From assembly GCA_009859145.1 (NCBI GenBank), contig VRVR01000017.1, positions 207,428 to 271,427 on the forward strand: a DNA stretch of 64,000 bases. The letters are read 5' to 3'. Below, piece after piece: positions 9,971 through 19,829 of this stretch. The stretch comes from Andalucia godoyi And28. Taxonomy: Eukaryota > Protista > Jakobida. Positions within the stretch are counted from its first letter, which is position 1. Each line of letters starts with the position of its first letter. Under the pieces are notes generated by a model. It saw only the letters and a program-made list of their open reading frames with translations. It was not told the DNA's origin and ran no database searches. The position numbers and the translations under genes are program-made.

Positions 9971-10103
9971 CACTCTCATTCGTGTAAACACACACAGACG
10001 CACACACACAAAATGAATTTAAAAACATTGCAATAAAAATAAAAAGATAAAAGTAAATGCACAAGCATCGCAGAGGAAGTCTCGCGTCTTTGTTCCCAGC
10101 CTT

Positions 10104-11281
10104 TCACGCTGTAAATTCATTCACAAGGTCGTCGCAGGCCTCGACGTACCCAACGACAGTCGGATCAATTTGGAGCATTCGCAGTAGGCATCGCATTGTT
10201 ACTTCTCCGTTGGCTTCTGCTTCGTCAAGCTCTGGGTTTCCGCTTCCTTTCGTACACTGTACCTCCGAAACGATCTCGTCTTCGCCACCGCCATCGCGAT
10301 TGTCGCTGGAACTCTGTTCCTGACAGACTCCGTAGCTGCCTGTCTGCGATTCTGCTTCTCCTCCGAAAGATCCCACGGATGCTTTTGCATTCTTCTTTGC
10401 AATGTCCATCAGCTCGTAAAGCACAGTGTGGACAAACTGCGTGTACTGTGCCATGGCCTTTTCGATGATCTCGCGAGAATTGCGCTGCATGGTGTTCTTC
10501 ATCGACATGCAATGCTCACGCAGTTTAAACTCTTCCTCCTGCATCGCCGAAATCAGTTCCTCCAGCTCTCCAAAGGTTTTGCACTGCATGATGTTTTCTT
10601 GAGTGAAGTGGGCAGCCGCAGAATTCCCAGCCGTACGTCCGTGCTTTCTAACCCCGCTTCCAGAACATTCTTTAGATTGTCCTTGTTTCTCGCTGGAAGA
10701 ACCGCGCCTGGTGTCGGCGATGCTGCTGCTGTTGCGTTTCAGAGAAACAAACGGCTTTCGACCTGGCGCACCTGGCATCTTCCGTTCGAACGAAGCGGTT
10801 GCAGTTGCGGCTGGCGTTGCTGGCTGGTCCATGTGTTGCGCGCAGGATTTTTGGTTTTTCAGGTATTTTGACGCTGCGTGCAGCACCTTGGATACCCGCT
10901 CTTGAAGTGCAAAACTCTCGGCAAGATTGATCGTTCCGTCAGCGTAGAACGTCGCACAAGCGTCCAAAGAAACTGCAGTACCTTTTAAAGTTGGCTCTTC
11001 AGTATGCATTTGTCATACACAGGAGGGAGAAAAGGCAACGAAATCTGAATGAATGCGAACGATAACAGCAGAAAACATACTTGCTGGATGACAAGGTCCA
11101 GGTGAGCGCAGAAAGAATGGCTTCTTGAGAATTTCGTCGGTTTTGCTGAAAGGCGCATCAACCTCGTTTGCGTCCACCAACGAAGATTCTGAGTCGAGTT
11201 CTCCAGAATCCTCAAACAGGGTCCTTCGAACCGACGTCGATATTTTCAATCCAAACAAGTGCTCGTCCAGTCTGCCAAAAG
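10104..11281 (-). CDS. Spliced hypothetical protein (at least 2 exons; first exon unresolved near 11400-11446)
   Basis: Exon 11281-11081 is open and ends at a phase-1 GTATGT donor (11080). Three candidate AG acceptors near 10975-11000 all join it in phase 1 to the 301-aa ORF ending at 10104. Confidence 0.7.
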
Positions 11282-11650
11282 CTGAAGGAAGCCACAACGG
11301 AGAAACCATGAAAAACAACAAGAGAGAAGAAAACAAAGAACGGAAGAGCAGAAAAGGATGGTCACAAATGCAATGCAACGAAGTTGTCGTGGAGGAGACA
11401 CGACCTTTTTGAACCATCCATTCTCTGCCGCTTCTTTTTCCGTCATGCCTTCCCGCCAAAATCTTCTCGGGTCAGCGTGTATCGAATGTCGAATGATGAA
11501 TGATGAATGTTGAATGCGGCGCAAACTTGGATTGTTCAGCTGCAGAAAGGGTTGGGGGGGAAAAAGAGTCAAAAACCACATGTATATATACCAGGTTGTT
11601 ATAAGTAAAATAGAATTTAAATAAAATTGTGAAATACGAGGTTAGTGTGC

Positions 11651-13124
11651 TTACAAATGAAGCTGTATGCATTGCTGCAGTGTGCTTTCGACGGGGCAAA
11701 TAGGACATTTGAACTTTGAAGTCGGGGATCTCGCGAGTCTCTCTGCTGTTTTCCTGCAGATCGCGTGGCCGCACATGAGCAACGTAGGTGGGTTTTCTTC
11801 GGAGGCGACTTCCTTTGAGATTGGGCACACGAAAAGCGTGTGAAATCGCAGGGAATCCGGAAGATTCACTTCCCCAGGCAGTTCATGAGCAGCCCAGATA
11901 TTCGCTGTCGTTGCGAGAGAAGCAGTTGGATCTTGTTGCAGTGGCTGCTGACCATGACTTCGTCCGTGGCTATGATACGGCTGATTCCTCCTTCGACTGC
12001 TCGTGGCTCCTGCCCGCGCCGATTCCTCTTCCTTTTCCTTTCCTTCTTCTTTTGCGCGTTTTGCAGTCTCCAAAACATCGGAAAACTTTCCAATCATCGG
12101 CAGCGCAAAAAACCCTGCAGACAGCGTAATGAGCAGCGACCCGTCCATCATCAGCTTGCTCACTTCAAACGCGCTCTTCCGAAACTCAATCGCGATGGTG
12201 GGGAGAGACAAGATCGAACCGAGAAAATCAGCATACGGCGACGCATCAAGCCTGTCCGCGTAGACAAGCGCACCCAGAAGCCGCTGGATGACTGGTAGTC
12301 TTTTGCCTACAAACTGGGAAAAGTGTTCCTGCGCATATCGAATCGCGGACAGACAGTTCTGGCTCTTCAGGAACTGGACATAGGTGAACTGATGAAGATC
12401 GAACGCAAGGGACGATCCTAGCATTTCCAGGGCGTGGGAGTGCTTCTCACACCACTGCAAAGCGGGCATGACGTCGCCTGCTTTGATGCGCGCCACAATT
12501 TGGTGAATCTCCTGGAAAACTCGCAATGATTCTTCTTCCGACGATCGCTGCAGCGACTGTGTCATTTCCGAGAGACTAGGATTGAGCTTCGCAGCTTCCA
12601 GATCGAGAGTTTGGACGGCTGAAAAGTACCCTTCCCGAAGGAAATGGTCTCGGATCATCGAATGCACGATGCCGTCTGGCACCACAGGCGGTTCAGGAAC
12701 CTTGACATCAATCCCAAACGCACTGTCAAACGATTTCCCGCATTTTTTAAGAGTCTTTACATACTCTTTGTGGTCCTCCAAGGTCTTGTTTCCCATGTTC
12801 TGAACCTCGGATTTGATCGTCGACACGTACGATTTCACGCGATTCGGATCGTATTCATTTGCAGACACTATGTATAGACGGATGGACGAATGGATGCACT
12901 AAATGTGAGCACTGTCTTTGTTTAACGATCGACAATAAGAAAGGAGGAGGGTTCCTGGGAAGAAACAAGAAAAAGAAAAAGAAAAAGAGGAACAAACCCT
13001 GCGCCAGCTCGGACTTCATGGATTCAAGCGTCGATATCAGGCTGTCCAACGCAGAATATCGAGCATTCGTGAACTGAGTCTGCGACTCCGTCAGAGTGTC
13101 CCACGCTTCGTTGAGCGAATTCAT
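11651..13124 (-). CDS. RMND5: CTLH/GID complex E3 ligase subunit RMND5/Gid2 (LisH-CTLH-CRA-degenerate RING)
   Basis: LisH-like IRDHFLREGYFSAVQTL, CTLH ALQWCEKH..LAFDLH..YVQFL, C-terminal FHTLFVCPISKE...NPPTLLMCGHAIC...FKCPICP. Exons 13124-12998 (GTTTGT donor, phase 1) and 12867-11651 (TAG acceptor, phase 1). Confidence 0.93.
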
Positions 13125-13465
13125 CGACGAGATGCGCTTTCTATGCTTGTAAGCAGGAGAAGCCAAAGAAGCAGAAAGAAAGAAAATGAAAATGAAAATG
13201 AAAATGAAAATGAAAAAGAAAAAGAAAAAGAAAATGAAAATGAAAAACATAAAGAAGGAATCGAGGAGCATCGCCAAAGAAATGGTGTGTTTGGAAGATC
13301 CATTCCTATTGGAAAACTTGACGCTCTGGGGAATAATAGGTAGGGAATCTGCTGGTTTTTTCTTCAAGGTTCATTCTTTTCGGACTGGATATTCTGTTTC
13401 CCTCCCCTTGTCCCCATCCATACGTAATTGTTCATGGTTGTTGCATTCAGATGCATATGTAGGGG

Positions 13466-14683
13466 ATGAGCAGCGTTTGGGTGTGTGGATCGAATGAGTA
13501 TGGGCAACTTGGGCTTGCGGTGGATAAGGTGAGCAGAGTGCAAGCTGGGTGGATGAAGGTCGTCGATCTGAGTGCCGATGGTGAGTTTGAGGTTGAGCGA
13601 TGCTTCGGAGGTGCAGAACACTGTTTGCTGTTGTCGAAAGATGGACGTTTGTTTGCAATGGGCGATAACTCGAAGCAGCAGCTTGGATTAAGTGAACTTC
13701 CGCGGTTCGGATGTGCTCCGTGTGATGTTCCCGAACCGGTCGTCGATGCTTCGTGCGGATTTGGACATTCGCTGTGCATCGGTGCATCGGGACGGGCCTA
13801 TGCAGCCGGTAGGAATCTTCATGGTCAATGTGGAGTTCCTGAGCAGACAGAGAGCTTTCGTACGTTTACTAGAATTCCACATGTCATGGTTCCCCTGTCG
13901 GTCGCGGCGGCCAGAGGGATGCGCTTGGTGGATCCGTCGTCGCTCACAGCCTCTGCAATGGCGTCAGCTGCGCGGTCCAATGCAGCTGTTGTGGATGCGA
14001 GTTCCGTGAAGTTCGTCTCGGCTCGATGCGGATGGACGCATTCCGTCCTGCTTGACGAAAGCGGTTCCGTGTACTTGTTTGGCTGGGACTTGTTTCTTCC
14101 GTTGCTGTTGAACCATCATTTTCCAAGGGCCGTTTCGTCCATTGCATGCGGCTCTTACCATACGCTATGCATTGACGTGGAAGGAATACTGCACGTCTTT
14201 GGAACAAATTCCAACGGACAGCTGATGGTTGGAAACTGCGACAATGTGCATGACAAGACAGTTCATGTTTCTGGAATCCCGGGCCGGGTGGCCGCTGTCG
14301 CACAGGGATCTGCATACCATTCTCTTGCAATTGACGAATGCGGCGTAGTCTATGGTGCTGGGAAAGGAGATATTTCAAATGGAGCGTTTGTTGGGATGCT
14401 GGGTAACGGAACCGGAGAAGATAGTGCAGTTCCCGTGAAGGTTCCGTTGCCCGAACCCGCTGCATTTGCAACATGTGGTTGGGAGCATTCTCTTGTTGTC
14501 AACTCATCGAGGTCTCGTGTGTATGCGTTTGGATCCAACGCGTATGGCCAGTGCGGTACTCGTGAGTGCACGGCTGCATGGCCAGTTGCACAGATGTCGT
14601 TTGACGCGTCTGAAATGGATTGCACAGTACTGGATGCTTGTGCCGGAAGGGGCTTTTCCGTTCTCGTCACTCGAGCAAAGTAA
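13466..14683 (+). CDS. RCC1-repeat beta-propeller protein (SERGEF/ATS1/UVR8-like)
   Basis: Repeated GxNxxGQLG and (A/S)CGxxHS/TL motifs across 405 aa. Confidence 0.92.
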   Translation: MSSVWVCGSNEYGQLGLAVDKVSRVQAGWMKVVDLSADGEFEVERCFGGAEHCLLLSKDGRLFAMGDNSKQQLGLSELPRFGCAPCDVPEPVVDASCGFGHSLCIGASGRAYAAGRNLHGQCGVPEQTESFRTFTRIPHVMVPLSVAAARGMRLVDPSSLTASAMASAARSNAAVVDASSVKFVSARCGWTHSVLLDESGSVYLFGWDLFLPLLLNHHFPRAVSSIACGSYHTLCIDVEGILHVFGTNSNGQLMVGNCDNVHDKTVHVSGIPGRVAAVAQGSAYHSLAIDECGVVYGAGKGDISNGAFVGMLGNGTGEDSAVPVKVPLPEPAAFATCGWEHSLVVNSSRSRVYAFGSNAYGQCGTRECTAAWPVAQMSFDASEMDCTVLDACAGRGFSVLVTRAK

Positions 14684-14892
14684 TCGGGTGCGATGAGACG
14701 ATGGTTTACACACTGCTACACTTCCTGCTTCAACCTATGTACAAAAGCTATAAAATGCAATGCTGAACTGCACCGTGCAATAAACTGTGGGCGGGTGAAA
14801 TTAAAAAAAAACAACAAAAAACGGTTGTGTCGGGGATGACGCGCAACTCCATGGTGAATGAGAACAATGCACACAACTGTGCAACTTCGGTT

Positions 14893-16314
14893 TTAGCTTC
14901 GAGGGGTCTCGGGGTGCGACCGCGTGGATCTTCTTTGCGTACGCTGAATGGAACCGGACGCGGCAGCGTCCTTCGCATACGGATGATCCTTCGATCGTGA
15001 TCGCCTCTCCTGTCCATCAAGAGCCCTGGCCGTTGGCCTTCTGCGCCTCTCCGCTAACGCCGTCGGACGGGGACTGTCCTCCGCAACTCTTGAGCGGTCA
15101 ACTGTGAGATCAATCACTTCCGGTCTGAGGATGTCTTCAAAGTCAATATCAAAAGATTCTGAATCAACTGACAATGCAGACGCCGAACTTCCTACTAACA
15201 ACGGCGACACCACTGGGGAAGTTGTCGAGAGTGGCGAAACAGCTACCGAAGAGACGTCCTCATCACTGGTTGCACTGGCTGACGAAGAAGAAGAAGAAGA
15301 GGAAGCAGCAGCAGCAGCAGCGGCGGCGGCGTCCATGCTGCTAGCAAACCGTGCCACGGCACTTGGCAGCGTACTTGGCAGCGGTGAAGAGGGCAGGTTC
15401 GTGTTTCCACCAGATCCCAAGAACCCAAAAAGCGATGTCGCAGACGCCCCCGCAGACCAGCCGTCCATCGCTGCATGCGCACTAGAATAGCGCGGATGGG
15501 ACGGAGGTCGCTGGTGATTCGGAGTACCAGTACCAGTACCAGAGCCATGGCCAGTGCCGGTAGGAGTTGCTGTCGCCGATCCTTGAGAATCTGCACCGGG
15601 TCTGACTCTCGTAAGCCGGATGCCGATTGAGAAGCCCGCAGACGGTCGAATCGAGCCAGTGGAAGAAGACGGCGTAGTAGATAAGAAACTGAGGATCAAT
15701 GGAAGTGAGTTGCTGTTGCTGTTGTTGTTGTTGTTGTTGATATTGTTGCTGCTGGTGGTGTTGTCCGCAGTACTCGCGACCGAGTCTGACGAGTCTGACC
15801 TGTGCAGTCCTCCGACTCCAAAAGCCGATCCAGCGCCGAAAATAGAATCGAATCCATTGAATTGCGCAGACATAGGCGAAGCATTGCCAGAGGGGGAGGT
15901 TGGAGAAAGCCGAGATCGCATGCTGTGCAGCAGCATCTGGTGGATAATAAACTGCGCAGACCCCAAGTCGATTCCGCTGCTGCCACCAAAGTCTTTGCGC
16001 GGCACTTCAATATGCATTTTCTCGCGCTCAGTGTTTTCAAACGTCATTTTGGAGAACCGGGAGCGGCAGCACGGACAGCTCGAAGACGACCCTGCCCAAG
16101 TGTGGATGCATGGCAGACAGAAAGCATGTGCACACGAGTCCAATGACGTTGGATATGACATTTCCGCCATGCAAATCGGACACGAAGGAGCATCCTCGGG
16201 ACCCTCCTGTGACGTGAAATCGCCTTCAAAAATAGACGAAAGATCCGGAAGCGGAGCCAACGTCTGCGTCGCTGAACTGCCGTTGGATGCAGAATCCGAC
16301 TGTGAATTTCCCAT
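14893..16314 (-). CDS. RING-HC (C3HC4) E3 ligase with N-terminal MGNSQS and a C-terminal SIM-like motif
   Basis: CPICMAEMSYPTSLDSCAHAFCLPCIHTWAGSSSSCPCCR; first ATG at 16314; EVIDLT at 15120-15103. Confidence 0.88.
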   Translation of the reverse strand: MGNSQSDSASNGSSATQTLAPLPDLSSIFEGDFTSQEGPEDAPSCPICMAEMSYPTSLDSCAHAFCLPCIHTWAGSSSSCPCCRSRFSKMTFENTEREKMHIEVPRKDFGGSSGIDLGSAQFIIHQMLLHSMRSRLSPTSPSGNASPMSAQFNGFDSIFGAGSAFGVGGLHRSDSSDSVASTADNTTSSNNINNNNNNSNSNSLPLILSFLSTTPSSSTGSIRPSAGFSIGIRLTRVRPGADSQGSATATPTGTGHGSGTGTGTPNHQRPPSHPRYSSAHAAMDGWSAGASATSLFGFLGSGGNTNLPSSPLPSTLPSAVARFASSMDAAAAAAAAASSSSSSSSASATSDEDVSSVAVSPLSTTSPVVSPLLVGSSASALSVDSESFDIDFEDILRPEVIDLTVDRSRVAEDSPRPTALAERRRRPTARALDGQERRSRSKDHPYAKDAAASGSIQRTQRRSTRSHPETPRS

Positions 16315-16541
16315 TTCAGCAGATGCTTTCAACGAGAATGAAATTGAAGCACAAAGCACAGAGCACAGAGCACAAAGTTGTTGTTGCCAGAATAAATAAA
16401 TAAATAAAAAATTCCTCGTTGCTTCTTCTTTTTTCCTCTTTCAAAACTGCCTCCCTCTCTTCTGAACAAACAACTCTGGTTTCGCTCTCGGATGATTTTT
16501 TTGTGCTCGTGTTTCTGTTTCGTGTTGATTGTGATAAAAAA

Positions 16542-16601
16542 GAACAAGAACAAGAACAAGAACAAGAACAAGAACAAGAACAAGAACAAGAACAAGAACA
16601 A
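16542..16601 (+). repeat. (GAACAA)10 hexanucleotide microsatellite
   Basis: Ten perfect tandem copies, intergenic. Confidence 0.95.
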
Positions 16602-17099
16602 GAACGAGAAAAGCACGAGAAAGAAAACGACAGAAAAAGGATGGGGAAAACACGAAACGGGGAAAATCCAAACGATAAATACAAGTTTTTGTTTGTTCGG
16701 CTCTTTATTTGAAGGGAAAAAACTTGACACTTCCTTTCACACTGCGTCTGAGACGAAAGTCCCGAATCGTCCGATTGGGAAAGCAAGCTTCTTAACGTCC
16801 CAGTTCCATCAGTCGTAGAAAAGAACAAACAACAACACCAAACTCCTCGAGAAAAGAAAAGAAAAGAAAAAGAGGGTGTCGGAGATTCTGCCCCATCAAT
16901 CCCATCGATTCTTCCTCTTTTTGTGTTTGCAGGGTGAGCGATGGCTTTCAAGTTTTCACGCTGGGCTTCTCCCCGTTTCTGTCTGTTTGGATTGCTTGAA
17001 TTGCATTGCCTTTTAGTTTTTCGTTTTCTTTCTTCTTCTCACGTTGTCGATTGGGCTGAGGAAAGGTGTCTCGTGTCTCCGCAACAGGGTTCTGTGTCA

Positions 17100-17102
<3 letters not shown>

Positions 17103-17182
<80 letters not shown>
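17103..17182 (+). repeat. (AG)40 dinucleotide microsatellite about 30 nt upstream of the 17211 start codon
   Basis: Perfect tandem repeat read directly. Confidence 0.95.
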
Positions 17183-17185
<3 letters not shown>

Positions 17186-17210
17186 CTCACTCACACAGTC
17201 GCACTCACAA

Positions 17211-18665
17211 ATGCCCTCGGTTTGGAACGCATTTGCAGAAGCACAGGTCTTTGCAGATGGTTCGTTATCAAACTTTATACAGATTAGCGTGATAATATTT
17301 CTATTTCTATGGTCCATTCGAGTATGGAGACTTGGGTATTCTTTATCGGAGCTCCACCATGCCGTCTCCAGGAAACGCGTATGTATTTACCAACCCCCCC
17401 CCCCCCCCCCCCCAACCTCATCGTTTTTGTTGTGTCATGGCATGATGCGCTGTGTGGTGTAATGTTGTGTAGTGCTTTGGCCTACGCCCGTAACTGAATG
17501 CAGGGTTCTTATGTTTATTGTGCGATAGATTGTTCCGATCGAACGTGTCCATGAATTGTATGAAGACATGAATATGATGCAGTCTGAGATTGAGGCTGCG
17601 ATTAGAAAAATCGATGCAACGCCGCCAGTTCTAATGTCCTCGATTGAAATTCCTTGTCGGTTCCAGCGCGCCTCGCTGCTTCGAACAGGATCCGTCGAAT
17701 CTTCGTCTACAAAGTGGTCCATTTCGTTTGCATCCAGTTGGAGTGCAGAGTGCCTGCTGGTCGCGAGGTTCGTGACGCTTCCAGACGTGCTTCCTTTTGC
17801 GGAATCCCGAGTGCAGAAAATCGGGAAAGATGTAGACTCCGAGCGTTCGTGGTTCCGTAGACGACTATTCACTTCTTCGTCATCATCCTCATCATCATCG
17901 TCGTCATCTTCTTCCTCACAGTCCTCGAGCCACACCAGACTACGGGACGACAGCAACGCGACGACAACAGCGGCGGCGACGACGTCGGCATCTTCCTACT
18001 TGATGGACGAGTCCGATGTATGGTCGCTGAATATTCCGTCGGCCGGGTCGTGGAAAGTGGAGTTTGCACCACCGCCGGCTTCTGCCAATTTACAAGATCC
18101 AGAGTCGCAGATGCAAACCGACCCTCCCATGCAACCCGTTCGCGAAACGGGCATTCTGATCGTTTCGAAGCCGAATGCCGCTCCGTTTGAACTCTTTACT
18201 TTCATTTCTGCGTCTTCCGTCAAAGAGTGGATTGTCTCATCCGAACACGGCGTCCTGGCGGTCTCTGACGTGTACGGCGGTTCTCGACATCATCATCAGC
18301 GCATCTCGTCGCACTTGTCTGTTTCCAGCACGGCCTCCAGTGCTGTCCACACCGCGGTCAATGAAGCGCGACATGCTGGCAGCGAGGCTGACAACCAGCT
18401 CGGTAGCGAGCTCGGGACTCCGTCTGGGAATGATCCTGGGAATGGAAGTGAAGAGGAAGAGGATTGTGTAGTTTGCTTGTCCGAGCCAAGATCCGTGATG
18501 ATGTATCCTTGCGGCCACTTGTGCGCGTGTGCTGAGTGCTATGTGCAGCTCGTCCGATGCCCGGTTTGCCGTGCAGACGTGGTTGCGTACGTGGATTTCC
18601 CTGCTCTTGCTGCTCAATCCGAAATCCGTGCAGATGCCACAAGCGCTCGCGTGACTCTTACATAA
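17211..18665 (+). CDS. Membrane-anchored C-terminal RING-HC protein (CGRRF1-like architecture), 2 exons
   Basis: Exon 1 17211-17378 (hydrophobic FIQISVIIFLFLWSI; GTATGT donor, phase 0) joins exon 2 17529-18665 (TAG acceptor, phase 0). C-terminal CVVCLSEPRSVMMYPCGHLCACAECYVQLVRCPVCR. Confidence 0.85.
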
Positions 18666-18939
18666 TTCATTCTTGTTTAATTCCCTCGTCCCTCCTCTCT
18701 TCCGTGCTCCCTCATCACAAGAGCTTGTACAGCTCGTCACCACTCCCACCCCCACCACCACCACCATCATCATCATCAGTCTGTCTTCCCGTGTGTTTGA
18801 GTGCGGAAGGAAAAAGAAACAAGAAACCATTTCTTTTTCTGCAATGCGTTATTTGTACAAATAAATTGACTCGGGACCTGAACACCCACCACCACCAATA
18901 GCAGCAGCAGCAGCATCAGCAGGAAGTTTACTTTGTTTG

Positions 18940-19143
18940 TCAAGAGCGTATCGAGTTACTTTGGGGTTTCAGAGGCTCGACAGCAGTTTCTGTCCCCGCA
19001 GTTTCATCCAGTTGAGGATGCTTTTTCGTGACGAGCGTATACGATTGAACCGAAATTCTGTAAGCGAGGACAACCGACGTCGCTGCCAACAAGGACACAA
19101 ATACCTTTTGAAATCGATTCAGTTGCGGTGATGAAGGCATCAT
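18940..19143 (-). CDS. Small single-TM protein, 67 aa, possibly COX14-like
   Basis: ATG start, one hydrophobic helix (VFVSLLAATSVVLAY) followed by basic residues. Size and pattern resemble COX14 by eye only. Confidence 0.55.
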   Translation of the reverse strand: MMPSSPQLNRFQKVFVSLLAATSVVLAYRISVQSYTLVTKKHPQLDETAGTETAVEPLKPQSNSIRS

Positions 19144-19348
19144 TTTCGTTCACTCTGAAAATCTCTCTTTTGGCGCTTTTTTAAATAATAAAATCGTTTC
19201 TCTGTCTTCTGTCTCTCTGTCTCTCTACCTCTCTGTCTCTCTCTTTTTCACTCACTCGCTCATTCTCATACTGAAAACAATCTCAATTTCAAAAGCACAA
19301 CAGCCCAAGCATCCCAATCGAAGCACATTTGAGGGTACGAAGCTAGAA

Positions 19349-19675
19349 TCAACTGCGAAGCTCTAATGCCAAACAAAAAAAGAAAAAAAAAAGGAGAACG
19401 GTTGCTTTCCCCCCCTTAGCTTCTGCTTCGGAAAATGCTTTCACTGCTTCTATATACGTATGTATATCAGCCCAACGCTGGTCTTCCTGCAGAAAAGGCC
19501 CACCCCCGAGATCTGTTGATATCCAAGCATATTCTTCATTTGTTCTTACGCAGTCATCATCATTATTATTATCATCAGCACCATCTGTGCATCTGAAGTG
19601 TTGATAATTCTTCAGCATATTTAATAATTCTTTTTGGATATCTCCAGATTTTTCTTCTTCCTCTGCCTTTTGCAT
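19349..19675 (-). CDS. Possible small hypothetical protein or exon (about 95-108 aa)
   Basis: ATG-initiated stop-free frame divergent from the TPR gene. The 3' end runs into a T-tract, so the true end is unclear. Confidence 0.35.
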   Translation of the reverse strand: MQKAEEEEKSGDIQKELLNMLKNYQHFRCTDGADDNNNDDDCVRTNEEYAWISTDLGGGPFLQEDQRWADIHTYIEAVKAFSEAEAKGGKATVLLFFFFFCLALELRS

Positions 19676-19829
19676 GCTGTTGCTGCTGCTGCTATTATAA
19701 AAAGTAAAGGGAGGAAAGAGAGCGAAAGAAGAAGAAGAAAGGGGAAAAAAAGAGAGAGAGAGCGAAAGAAAGAGAGCCGTCGTTTATCAGTCTGCATTTG
19801 TACATTATTGAGAAACAAGCAAGTGGACA

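Noticed and set aside
12855-13497. ORFs with poly-F/I, poly-K/M, SL/ER or poly-I/R runs (also 16316-16951, 16941-17462, 27946-28392, N-terminus of 52818-53480)
   Set aside because: They are translations of microsatellites in introns or spacers.
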